The translations under genes and the position numbers were made by a program. A stretch of DNA of 64,000 bases from the NCBI RefSeq assembly GCF_036365525.1, contig NC_090399.1:11593558-11657557 (forward strand). The letters are read 5' to 3'. This stretch comes from Heterodontus francisci (taxonomy: Eukaryota). Under the pieces are notes generated by a model. That model worked only from the letters and a program-made list of their open reading frames with translations, ran no database searches and was not told the origin of the DNA. This document shows, one piece after another, positions 37,090 to 49,672 of this stretch (the first letter of the stretch is position 1; each line of letters begins with the position of its first letter).

Positions 37090-38200
37090 GGCATGATGGT
37101 GCGAATTAGCAGATGGGAAGCAGAGTTTTGAATGATGTCAGGTTTTCGGAGGGCAGAATTGTGGGAGACCAGCTAGGAGAGCTTTGGAATAGTCAAGTCT
37201 ATAGGTAACAAAGGCCTGAATGAGGATTTCAGCAGCAGATGAGCTGAGGGAAGGGCAGAGTCAGGAGTTGTTACAGAGGTGGAAATAGGCGGATAAGTTG
37301 TTGGCACAGATATGAGGTCAGGAGATCATCTTGGGGATAGAAGACAATAGCTTCAGTTTTCTCAATATTTAATTGGAGGAAATTTCTGCTCATTCAGTCC
37401 TGGAAGTTGCACTAGCGGTCTGACAATTTTGAAACAGTGGAGGGGTCAAGAGAGATGGTGATGAGGTAGAGCTGGGTATCATGAGAGCACATGTGGAAAC
37501 TGACAATGTATTTTCGGATGATGTCACCATGGAGCAGCATGTTAATGAGAAATAGGAGGGGACTAAGGATTGATCCATGGGGGTCACTGGAGGTAACAGT
37601 GCAGGAGTGGGAAGAGAAACCATTGCAGCTGATTCACGCAGGCAAGTGCAGTCCCACCCAGCTGGAGAATGGTGAAGAGGCGCGGGAGGATTTATGACTT
37701 TGACAAGAGCCATTTCAGTCCTGTGGCAGTCACTGAAAGCTGATTGGAGGGATACAAACATGGAGATCTGGGAAAGATAGTCATAGATTTGGGAGACAAC
37801 AACGTGTCATAGACTTTGGAGAGGAAAGGGAGGTTCAACTGTGATAGTATTTTGTAAATTCGGAATGTTCAAGGGTTCTTTTTGAGGAGAGAGGTGCTGG
37901 CGACAAATTTGAAGGTGAGGGGGTGAGTACTGGAGGAGAGAGAACTGTTAATAATATCAGCTAACATGGGAGTCAGGAGGGGAAGTTGGGTCGTCAGCAA
38001 TGTAGTGGGAATAGGTCTGAGAGAGAAGGATCTTATGGACAAGATAATCTCAGAGTGTTTCTTTCAGTGATGGAGACAGAAGGAAGCAGGGTTGGGAAGG
38101 GAAAGAGGGATAAGTGTGGAGAGCGGTAGAAGGAAGTGATCAGAGATGACTTTATCTGTGATTAATGGAACTGCAGTGAAATGTGAACCTAGATTATGTG
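37090..38200 (-). mobile_element. L2-clade LINE fragments (also about 21640-22260 with a ~0.5 kb deletion, and about 55475-56590)
   Basis: PIPTTLL..QLP.L.PMLADIINSSL, LQSAF..CH.TEMALVKVIN, DTQLYL-like motif. Confidence 0.65.
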
Positions 38201-38764
38201 CTGAAGTCCTTGACCTTTGACCCAGAAACGTAAGTGTGGCAGAGCTGACACTTAAAAGGGGTGCAGACACCAATATGAGTGAATCCTTGATGGTTTGACA
38301 GTGTCATTAGAGTGGATGCCTGAAGCTTAGATTCCACCTTTAAATGGGGTCTCTGATGGTTAAACACTCTCTTTAGATTAGGTTTCTGATGGTTAGACTC
38401 CCTCTTTAGTTGTAGTCTCTGATGGTTAACACTCTGTTTAGATGGGGATCTCTGATGTTTAGCCACCCTCTTTAGTTGTAGTCTCTGATGGTTAGACTCC
38501 CTCTTTAGATAGGTGTCTCTGATAGTTAGACTCCCTCTTTAGATAGGAGTCTCTGATGGTTAGACTCCCTCTTTAGATAGGTGTCTCTGATAGTTAGACT
38601 CCCTCTTTAGATGGGGGTCTCTGATGGTTAGACCCCCTCCTTTAGATAGGTGTCTCTGATAGTTGACTCCCTCTTTAGATGGGGGTCTCTGATGATTAGA
38701 CTCGCTCTTTAGATGGGTGTCTCTGATGATTCGAACCCCTCTTCTGATGGGGGTCTCTGACGGT

Positions 38765-40333
38765 CCAGACGATTTGTGTCCCAGGATGCTGTGGGAGGTG
38801 AGGGTGGCGATTGCAGGGGCTCTGACCCTAATTTTTAATTCCTCTCTGGCCACGGGGGAAGTGTCAGAGGACTGGAGAACAGCTAATGTAGTTTCACTAT
38901 TCAAGAAAGGTTGTAGAGATAAGCCAGGGAACTACAGACCAGTGAGTCTCACGTCAGTGGTAGGGAAACTATTGGAGAAAATTCTGAAGGAGAGAAATCT
39001 ATCTCCACTTGGAGAGGCAAAACCTGATTAGGAATAGTCAGCATGACATTGTCAGAGGGAGGTCATGCCTAACAAATTTGATTGAATTTTTTGACATGTG
39101 ACCAGGAGTGTGCGAGGGTAGTGCAGTTGATGTAGTTTACATGGATTTCAGCAAAGCCTTTGACAAGGTCCCACATGGGAGACTTATCAAGAAAGCAAAA
39201 TGCACATGGGATACAAGGTAACTTGATAAGGTGGATTCAAAATTGGCTTAGCTGTAGGAGACAGAGAGTGATGACAGACGGCTGTTTTAGTGACTGGAAG
39301 CCAGTGTCCAGTGGCATACCACAAGGATCTGTGCTGGGTCCCCTATTGTTTGTCATTTATATAAACGACATAGGTGACTATGTGGGGGGTAGGATCAGTA
39401 AGTTCGTGGATAACACAAAGATTGGCCGAGTGGTTAACAGTGAGGTGGAGTGTCTTAGGTTACAGGAAGATATAGACGGGATGGTCAAATGGGCAGAAAA
39501 GTGGCAGATGGAATTTAACGCTGAAAAGTGTGAGATGATACACTTTGGAAGGAGTAATGCGACACGAAAGTGTTCAATGAATGGCCTGACACTGGGACGT
39601 TCCAAGCAACAAAGGGACCTTGGCGTGTTTGTCCATAGATCTCTGAAGGCAGAAGGGCAGGTTAATAGGTTGGTGAAAAAGGCATATGGGACACTTGCCT
39701 TTATCAATCGAGGCATAGATTACAAAAGCAGGGAGGTCATGTTGGAGTTCTACAAAACTTTGGTAAGGCCACAGCTGGAGTACTGTGTGCAATTCTGTCG
39801 CCACATTATAGGAAGGATGTGACTGCATTGGAGGGGGTGCAGAGGTGATTCACCAGGATGTTGCCTGGGATGGAACATTTAAGCTATGAAGAGAGGTTGG
39901 ATAGGCTTGGGTTGTTTTCACTGGAGCAGAGAAGACTGAGGGGTGACATGATCGAGGTGTACAAGATTATGAGGGGCATGGACAGGGTGGATAGGGAGAA
40001 GCTGTTCCCCTTAGTTGAAGGGTAAGTTACGAGGGGTCACAAGTTTAAGGTGAGGGGCGGGAGGTTTCAAGGGGATTTGAGGAAGAACTTTCTTACCCAG
40101 AGGGTGGTGACGGTCTGGAATGCCCTGCCTGGGAGGGTGGTAGAGGCAGGTTGTCTCAGATCCTTTAAAAAGTACCTGGATGAGCACTAGGCACGTTATA
40201 ACATTCAAGGCTATGGGCCAAGTGCTGGCAAATGGGATTAGGTAAACAGGTCAGGTGTTTTAATGCATCGGTGCAGTCTTGATGGGCCGAAGGGCCTCTT
40301 CTGCACTGTATTATTCTGTGATTCTGTGATTCT
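38765..40333 (+). mobile_element. 5'-truncated CR1 LINE, private to unit 2, inserted in the 34-bp minisatellite
   Basis: RT motifs (KPGNYRPVSLTSVVGK, GIPQGSVLGP) and the (ATTCTGTG)n tail typical of CR1. Confidence 0.92.
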
Positions 40334-42235
40334 GGTTAGCCTCCCTATTTAGTTGCGTGTCTCTGATGGTTGCACCCCTATTCTGATGGGGTCTCTGATA
40401 GTTAGACTCCCACTTTAGATGGGAGTCTCTGATGGTTAAACCTCCTCTTCTGATTGGGGTCTCTGATGGTTAACCTCCCTCTTTAGATGGTGATCTCTGA
40501 TGGTTAGAATGCCTCTTTAGCTGGTGGCCTCTGATGGTGAGAATGCCTCTTTAAATGGGGTTTCTGCTGGTTGAACTCTCTCAAGCTTTGTTGAGCTCAT
40601 CCTATCCAGCTCCATCGACCCCATCCCACTAAACTGCTGAGCCCCCTATTCCACACTGGCCCTCAAATGCTCACTGGCATTGTAAATGTTTCTCTCTGGC
40701 TGAGTGGTGAATATGGAAATCCCATCCTGAGGAAATGCAGAGGGCATGTACTGAAGAGTACGGAATAAGATGCTGAGAACACTCAGGAGCAGACACACAT
40801 CACTCAGCCTTCTCGGGTAAATCTGTCCAGGAGAAGGAGAAGGCTGGATGGGACCAAGAGACTTGATAGGAAACCACGGAAGAGAATCCATGTCTCATCA
40901 TCATCATCATCATCAACATCATCATCATCATCATCACCATCTCATCATCGACCAAGAGGCTTTCTCTTAATTTAAAACTTTTTTCCATTAGCTTGGCTGT
41001 AAATTGTCTTATCTTTCCAACTTTCTATTTTCTGATAAGTACTATCAGCCTTTCAAAATGGTCACCCTCTGACCGACTCCCAATCATTTTATCCAATCTA
41101 CAATTTCCAATCACCCAATTCTCTCTCTCATATTCTCAATCTCTTGATCCTTTCAAAGATTCCTAATCGCCTGATCCTCTCTCTCAGATTCCCAGCCTCA
41201 TGATGCTCTCTCTCAGATTCCCAGTCTCATGATCCTCTCTCTCAGATTCCCAGTCTCATGATCCTCTCTCTCAGATTCCCAGTCTCATGATCCTCTCTCT
41301 CAGATTCCCAATCTACTGATCCCCTTTCTCAGAGTGCTTGTCACAGATTGGTCGTAAACTGAGTGCATCATAAACAGAATGTAAAAGTTGGGAATTCAAC
41401 GAGAATGGGAATTTGGTGTATGATGGGAAGGTGATGCTGCTTTCTGCCTCCGATACTTTGAATGGTTCATGTAACTGGTAAATATTTAGTTTCATTTCCT
41501 TGTACCTTAAACCAGTTCAAGTAATTAGTTACAGCACTAAAATCTATGAGCTGAATGAAGTAAATAAATAAACAAGGCTATATTGGGATGGCAGTGCAGG
41601 TGGTGTGGCTGCAATTGCAGCACATGGTAGTTATAGGGAGAGCATTGTGATCCTGGACAACCACATCTGCGTGAAGTGTCTGAATCTTGAGGAAATTCCA
41701 CTCAGAGATATTGACATTGTGGGGCATCAAGCAGGGAGAGAGTTATCTGGACTCTTTTATTCAGGAGGCAGTAACACCGCCTACGTTACATGCTGGTACA
41801 GGTCTGGTTAGTGGTCAGGAACAGGAGGGCGTGACTGTGAGTCAGGGAGGTAAGGGGAGCCCAAGTGTACTCAGCCTTTGTCCTTGTCCAACATGTATGA
41901 GGTTCTTGCTGCCTGTGTGGATGAGGACAAAGTTTGCAGGATGGATGTGCAAACTGACCACAGCACCATGATACAGGGGGCAATTCAATTGGAGGGAGTG
42001 GAAAGGAATGTGTTAGGTAACGGAATAGTGAGGGAAATAGATACTGTTCACTGCAGCTGTGATTGGGAGTTCCAAAGATTGTGTTTCCTGCCTGGTTCCA
42101 GAGTTAAAGATCTTGCAGCTGGAGCAGAACGGAGTGGGAGAGGGAGGGGCAGGATCAAGTTTGTTATGGTCCATGTAGGAACCAATGACATAGGTAGAAT
42201 AAAGGCACAAATTATGAAATTGAGCCTTGAGGTTA

Positions 42236-43213
42236 TGTCATGATCCTGTCTTTTTTTCTCTCTGGGAAATATGTGGTGTGTCTTTAAAACAACAAATGAT
42301 CAGTACTGCTTTAAGAACAATCAGGGCTCAGGAGTTAGCAAGAAGATACATTCTCATCGCCTTGGATACAGCCACAAGGACTGAGCGTGGAGAGATTCAT
42401 TTGTTACAATTTAATTTTGAACTGGCTTATAGTGCAAGCAGTCTGTTCCAACAGGAGACACAGACAGACAGCTGTGTGTTAGCACCTGAAAGAAGTGTTC
42501 TCAGTTCATTTAAAGTGAAGGAAGAGAATTTAGTCTCTTTATTCTTCATTCTCTCTCAAAATTAAAACAAAGTCACACCAAGACAGAGATCTCTGATAAT
42601 TTAAACTGAAGGAAGGGAAGTGAGACTGTGACAATATTTTATCCCTCAAAATACTCTAAAGTAAGATTGATTCTATTGAAAGTGTTTGCAAGTTGTTAAT
42701 TGTTGAAATTCATTGCTGAAGAAGGAAAACATCACTTACTGCTGGAATTAGACTACGGATTGTTCTGCTGTTGAAGAACGGTTTTTCCCATTGGACGGCT
42801 GTGAGGACTTCAAGCAACAGTGGACTGTAAATTTGCAAGGACTCCAATTTTTTGTATTTTAAATGTTGTTTATGTCTCAGTAGTGTTGAAGATTTTAGTT
42901 TTTCTAATTAAAGAGTTGATTTAAAGACACCTGGTTTGGTTAGCCTCATTCAGGGGTTAATAGATGGTATAATTTGTCTGGGTCTTTCTTTAATTTGGAA
43001 TGTTGAATATGATATGTTAGGCAATCTGTGGAGGAACGAGATAGAAATAACAGTGCTTTTCTCCCACCACAGACAGAATCGTATATTTTGATTGGGGGCT
43101 TTGACTGGTGCGGTCGGTCGTAACATATTAATTGGGGGCTTACTCGAGATTTGAATCATATATTAATTGGGTTGCTGACTTTGAATCATATCTTGAAGTG
43201 GTCGGTCGTAACA
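42236..43213 (+). mobile_element. Collapsed LTR retroelement, unit 2
   Basis: Same termini and TSD as unit 1; PBS at 43133-43150. Confidence 0.75.
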
Positions 43214-44115
43214 GGTAATAATCTCTGTATTAATACTTAAGTCATGAGCCAACTCGCACAGGGTCAAACAGGTTAGAGGGTTGAATGCCTGTCTCGACAA
43301 GGGATTTGATTTAAGGGGCATTGGTGCCAGTATGGGGGAAAGAGGAAGCAGTTCCATTGGGATGGGCTCCCTTAAACCAGGCAGTATCCTGGCAAATCAA
43401 ATAAATAGGACTGCAGCTAGGGCTTTAACTTGAAAATGCGGGGAGGGCCCAAGTGAGGGGAAATTTATAAATCTAAAGAGAAAAGTCAAGGTGACAGAGA
43501 AGTGTCGTGATTTGGGTAAAGGTAAGCAGAATGTGACAGGAAGGGACAAAATCACCAGCGAAGATCATGCATCAATGTGTAAGGTCAAATTAGGGAAAAA
43601 TGGTGAAAATGAAAATCAAACGCACTTTATGCAAATGCATCAAGTATTTTTAACATGAATTAATGGCGCAAATAGACATAATTGGGTTTGATGTATGGTG
43701 ACCAAGGAAGGGAACTAAATCTTGCACGGTACCTGATCTTTCAAAAATGTAAACAAAATAGAAAAGGGGTGTGGAGTAGCCCTGTTAATAAAGCATGGTC
43801 TAAGGACAATAGTGAGGAAGAATCTTGGCTTAGAATAGGAGAATGCAGTATCGGAATTGGTGAAGGTTACAAATGACAAGCATCTGAAAATTAAGGTGGG
43901 AATAATTTCTATGTCCTCCAACAGTAGCTATGCTGTTGGGCACAATATTAATCAAGAAATATGAGGACCTCGTAAAAAAGGCAACACAATAATCATGGGG
44001 CATGTAAATCTTCATATTGACTGCACAATCAAATTGACAAAAATAGTTTAAAGGACGATTACATAGAATGCATTCAAGACCAAAGCAGGAAAGAAGTTAT
44101 TTTAGATATTGTTTT

Positions 44116-44464
44116 ATTTATTTATTTTTATTTAGAGATACAGCACTGAAACAGGCCCTTCGGCCCACCGAGTCTGTGCCGACCATCAACCACCCATTTA
44201 TACTAATCCTACACTAATCCCATATTCCTACCACATCCCCACCTGTCCCTATATTCCCCTACCTATACTAGGGGAAATTTATAATGGCCAATTTACCTAT
44301 CAACCTGCAAGTCTTTTGGTGGTGGGAGGAAACCGGAGTACCAGGCGAAAACCCACGCAGACACAGGGAGAACTTGCAAACTCCACACAGGCAGTACCCA
44401 GAATTGAACCCGGGTCACTGGAGCTGTGAGGCTGCGGTGCTAACCACTGCGCCACTGTGCCACC
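44116..44464 (-). mobile_element. V-SINE, private to unit 2
   Basis: Same family as above; empty site in unit 1 at about 26345. Confidence 0.88.
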
Positions 44465-45324
44465 TTCATTTTGAAGAATGAGTATGGCTAATTAGTGATC
44501 TCATAGGAGGGAATAATGTGGGTAAGAGTGATCATAACATGTAGGATCTTCAGCTTGATTTTGTGAGTGACGTACATAAGACTGAAATTAATATGTTGAA
44601 CTTATTTAAAGCCAATTAAATAAGAACGAGGGGTGTTGGCTAATGTATATTAGGAAACTGGAATGAAATGTGTAATGGTCGATGAACATTCGTGAATATT
44701 TCAAGAAATATTTCATAACTCTCAACACTTCGACATTCCATTCAGAAATAAAAATTCCATGGGAATATTGATCTACTAACGGCTAAATAACGAGGTTAAG
44801 GATAATATTAGATTAAAGAAGAGGCTTCTAATATTGTCAAGACGTGGAGTAAGCCTGAGGATTGGAAGAGTTTAAGATGCCAGCAACAGGTGTTCAATAA
44901 ATTGATGAAGAGTGAGAAAGTAGAATATGATCAGCCAGAAATATAAAAACAAATAGTCAGAGCTTCCACTTCATGTAAGAAGGAAGAGAATAGCAAAAGT
45001 AAATGTAGGTCTCTTAGAGGCTGAGACAGGAGAAAGTATAATGGGGGGCAAGAAAATCGCAGAGACGTTAAATAAATAATTTGTGTCCTTCTTGACAGTG
45101 AAAGATCCAAAAAAATATCAGACATAGTGGGGAACCAAGTTTCTAATGAGAATACAGAAGTTAAAGTAATCAGTATTAGTACAGAAAGAGTACTGGAGAA
45201 ATTAATGGGACTGAAAGTCAACAAATCCCAGGACCTGACAGCCTACATCCTAGAGTTCTAAATGAGGTGACTGCAGAGATAGTGGATTGATTGTGTTGGC
45301 ACTGCTTGTGATCACATCCAGAAT

Positions 45325-45447
45325 TTAAGTGGTCATTGGATAGACATATGGATGAAAATGGAATAGTGTAGGTCAGATGGTTTCACAGGTCGGTGCAACA
45401 TCGAGGGCTGAAGGGCCTGTACTGCGCTGTAATGTTCTAATTCTAAT
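45325..45447 (+). mobile_element. Short CR1 3' tail in unit 2, replacing about 180 nt present in unit 1
   Basis: gaagggcctgtactgcgctgtaatg followed by a (ttctaa)n tail; unit 1 27200-27375 is missing here. Confidence 0.65.
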
Positions 45448-46435
45448 TAAACAGTGTCAACAATGTTTTATGAAAGGGAAATAGTGTTTGACAAATCTGT
45501 TCAAGATATCTGAGAATGCAACTAGTAAGGCAGCTAAGGGAGAACCAGTGGACGTAGTTAGATTATCAACAGGTAATTGGATAAGGTGCCACATGAAATG
45601 ATCTTGTACACGGTAAGGTCTTTTGGTATTGGGGGGTAATATTTTAGGAGGGATGGAGGATCAGTGAAAGGACAATACACAGAGTCAGAATAAACTGTTT
45701 ATTCTCAGGTTGATGGAAAACCAGTTAACAATACAATACACCCGTTAGTCACAAGTACGTTATCGAGAGTTATACATACTCAGTGAGCAATCGCCTCCCA
45801 TTGATCATTCTCTTCAGCAACTGGCCAAGTTTCTTGACTGAAACACCAAATCACTATTTGCAATGATTCTTATGCCTTTCTTTTCAAGGTGGTTGCATCG
45901 TTTCATTGATAGCATCAGAATGTACTATCAAAACCCATCTTCAGACCATGAGGCATCTCGGTCTTTGTTCAAACTACAGTATCAGAAACTGCCTTGATGA
46001 TGTGCAGATGTTTTAACCTTCCGTCAGTAATTTCCTCACCCCTCATGGATGTTGCAGATGCCTTCAAGATCTTCATCAATAAACACAATAGCAGCTTATT
46101 TTCCTGGTCAGAAACACATTTTAAAATCACAGGACAATTAAACAATCTAAGTCCCTTAAATGACTGACTTCTTACAAACTGTTGCTTGGAGAATTTCTAG
46201 TATCTCTGCATTTCAAAAGAAGGCAATCTCTGATGTCATCAATCAATGCCAATTTGTGTCACTCTTGCAGCTTTTCAAAACACTTTGGACCACTTTGGCA
46301 GCTGAATTTGCATTTTAAAATTATGTTCAGTCTTTTATCTCGTCTTTTCAGACAACATGTCCCCCATGTTTTTGTATACATGAAGATTCTCTAAAGCTCT
46401 AACTTGGCATCAAAGTGAAACATAGCTTTGAAGTA

Positions 46436-47114
46436 CCCTGAGAACCCTGCTCAGAACCCTGAGCTTCCGGTTGCTTGCCATTTCAACACTCCCCCCTGCT
46501 CTCATGCTCACATCTCTGTCCTGGGATTGCTGCAGTGTTCCAGTGAACATCAACGCAAGCTCGAGGAACAGCATCTCATCTACCGATTAGGCACACTACA
46601 GCCTGCCGGACTGAACATTGAGTTCAATAATTTCAGAGCATGACAGTCCCCCATTTTACTTTCATTTTTAGTTATTTTTTCTTCCTTTTCTTTACATTCC
46701 TTTTTACATTTTTTACAATCTTTTTTTGCATTTATTTCATTTCATCTTAGTTTGTTCAGTTTGCTTACCCACTGTTTTTTTCAGGTTGTTTTTCTTCAGG
46801 TTTGCACTTGCTGCTGTTCAATATTCAGTGTATTCACACCTAATCTGTACTAATGCTTTGTCTTTCAACACACCATTAACATATTGTTTGCCTTTTCTCC
46901 GTGACCTTTTGGTCAGCTATGTGGCCTGGTCCAATCTGCACCTTCTCCTTTGTTATCTCTTGCCCCACCCCCACCTCACTTGTTTATAATCTGTGACTTT
47001 TCTAATATTTGTCAGTTCCGAAGAAGGGTCACTGACCCGAAACGTTAACTCTGCTTCTCTTTCCACAGATGCTGCCAGACCTGCTGAGTGAATCCAGCAT
47101 TTCTTGTTTTTGTT
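46436..47114 (+). mobile_element. 5'-truncated Penelope insertion, private to unit 2
   Basis: Near-identical to 8115-8750; 14-bp TSD ATAGCTTTGAAGTA (46422-46435 and 47115-47128); empty site at 28399-28412. Confidence 0.92.
47014..47050 (+). ncRNA. Minimal hammerhead-ribozyme-like motif in the Penelope fragment (stem II intact)
   Basis: agtt-CCGAAGA-a-GGGTC/act/GACCC-GAAA-CGTT-aact. Confidence 0.62.
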
Positions 47115-48085
47115 ATAGCTTTGAAGTATGTCTGGTTATTGTTGTTGACTCGATTTTTCAATTTTATGCTTTTTTTTCTAAACATTCCACAGCCTTAAAG
47201 TGTTTAAACACTCGATGTTCCTGGGTTGGATCGCCTTGCAATTCTCAACCACAAATTTCAATTAAAATGATATTACAGTGCCATTGTACAAAAAATGTTA
47301 AACGCAGCTACAACAATCAATTATGAAGGCAAATGGTATGTTTGCCTTCATTGCAAGGGGGTTGAAGTGCAAGAGTAGTCTTGCTGCAATTATAGAGGGC
47401 TCTGGTGAGACAACCCCTGGTCTCTATACCTAAGGAAAGATATATGTGCCTTTGAGGCAATACAGTGAAGTTTCACTAGATTGGTTCCTGGAATGAGAGA
47501 GCTGTCCTTTGTGGAGAGCTGAGAAGAATGACACATCATCTCATTGAAACATATGAGATTCTGAGCAGTTGACAGGATAGTTGCTGGCTTGGGAATCGAC
47601 AACTAGAAGGCATAATCTCGGGATAAGAGGTTTGACCATTTTGGAAAAGATGAGGAGGGTTGAGAATCTCGGGAATTCTCTGCCCCAGAGTGTCCTAAAT
47701 TCTCAGGTGTTGGGTGTATTCAAGGCTGCGATCCATTGATCTTTTTATCTCTAAGGGAATAAAGAGGTACGGGAATTGAGTGGGAAAGTGATGTTGAAGC
47801 AGCGGATCAGTCATGATCTTACTGAGTGACAAAGCAGGCTCGAGGACTGGTAGGGCTTTCTGCTGCTCCTATTGCTTATGTTATTCCCAATCTCCTGATC
47901 CTCTCTCAGATTCCCAATCCACCAGTCCTACCTCTGACTCCCAAAGTCCTGATCCTGTGTCTGATTTGCAGGCTGTAACCTGACAAAAAAGTCCTCCCTC
48001 AACTGGAATCCTTTCCCTTGAAAAGCTCTAAATGCAAACCAATGTGCAGTAACCAGAAAGAAGCAATTCATGCTTTTAAAATAAT

Positions 48086-48163
48086 TTTATTAATTCTTGT
48101 CCATCATCTCAGCAGTAAATAATATAAATAATAAATAATATAAATACATAAATATATTTAAAT
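48086..48163 (-). promoter_or_regulatory. AU-rich element and polyadenylation signal, TNF copy 3
   Basis: Six AUUUA at 48116-48163, including a UUAUUUAUU nonamer; AATAAA at 48091-48086. Confidence 0.75.
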
Positions 48164-49672
48164 AATAACTTAAATCAATCTGAAACATCCAAATCTTGAC
48201 AACAGAAAAACATCTTTATAAAAGATGATACATTTTTATGTAAAACACAGATTGTGGTCAATGGACCAAATTAATAACCAACAGTCGAACTATGGAGACT
48301 GCAAGGCATGATGGGAATGTGACTTCACCACAGCAACCAATCAGGAAACATTTGGACCAATGAACATTGAATTAAAAGTTACCTAAACCTGTACCTGAAG
48401 TGCTGGAACATGCAAAGCTACGGACTAGGTGATGGAAAGTGGGATCAGATTGGGCGGCTAGTTTTTTTCAGCCTCCTTCAGTGCCGTAGCTTTTCTATTG
48501 TTCTATGTTTCTAATGAACCTCAAATAAGAGCAGCTCATATTCGATTTAAATAATAACCTGATAAAGTAGAAATGAACTAAGAATGGTTTCTTCAAATGA
48601 TTAACTATCATAAATTTTTGGGTGGTTTTCATAGTGTTTGCACAATATTCCTTCCCCTTTTTAATTGGTTATGTATTGACCAATCACTGTCTGGACAGTT
48701 AGCATCCTGCGAAAAGTTGACCAATCACATTGTAGATGTGGAAAGCCAGTTGGCTGCTGGGAGATTGATTGGCCTTCATCACCCAACTGAGCATCGCCAC
48801 TGAAGATCCAAGGAGATATTAGAGATATATTCTAACACAAATATATGACAAGGCATAGGCCACACTCTTCAAGGACCAAAAACAGGTCACACAGGCTAAC
48901 CAGTCTGAATATCAGACTTGATAACCCACTTGTTAGCTCTTGGGATTGTCTAATTACTCTCTCCCTGAGGAGTACCAGTTTAAATAACATAAACAACATT
49001 AAATATCAATTAAGTATAAAATAAATTAAAGGACCAGTTGCTGAGGGAGTTAACCTAAATGAGAAAATTAGCTTATTTAGAGCACAGCTATCGCAAATTC
49101 TCGCTTTGTACGTTAAGAACACAATTCATCTCATTGAACATGACGAATCTGCATAGCAGTGAATCACCTACACCTTCTCCCAGTGTTAAAGGTATGTGGG
49201 AGAACAGGAACATCTTAGGGACAGATGTAGGTCATTCAGCCCCTCCAGCCTATTTGGACTGACATGTCCAGTCTATCTGGCAGTTTAACAGTGGCTCGTG
49301 AATCCTGAGAGAGATGCATAATTCTTCAGACTGCACCAGTTGCTCTCAATGCAGGATTAAAGGAGCAGAGAGTGAGTGAGGAGAGGCACAGACTCCCTCC
49401 GATCACTGACACTCTGGATTGTGCATCAATCTGGAGTGGCAGAGCTGAAAGTGCAGTGTGATAACCCACCACACTACCCAATTCTAAAAGACCAACACAT
49501 TTGATAGTTTCTGTCTCTGCAAGTGTTTAAATAAAATGAAGGAGAAATGAGTCTCTTTGTCCAATTAGTGCAGGATAGGACAATGTGTCCTGAACAGTTT
49601 CCACTGTATTTCAATCTGAAATTCTCAATCAGTCATCATTACTGGCCAATCGCTAGAAGTAACTCAGGTTCC

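Larger units (their letters stand above)
29441..47998. repeat. Tandem segmental duplication unit 2 (about 18.55 kb)
   Basis: Copy 2 to copy 3 offset is 18550; the extra length comes from private SINE, CR1 and Penelope insertions plus segments deleted in unit 1. Confidence 0.9.

Noticed and set aside
40800-40988. Poly-Met ORF
   Set aside because: It is a translation of the (CAT)n microsatellite.
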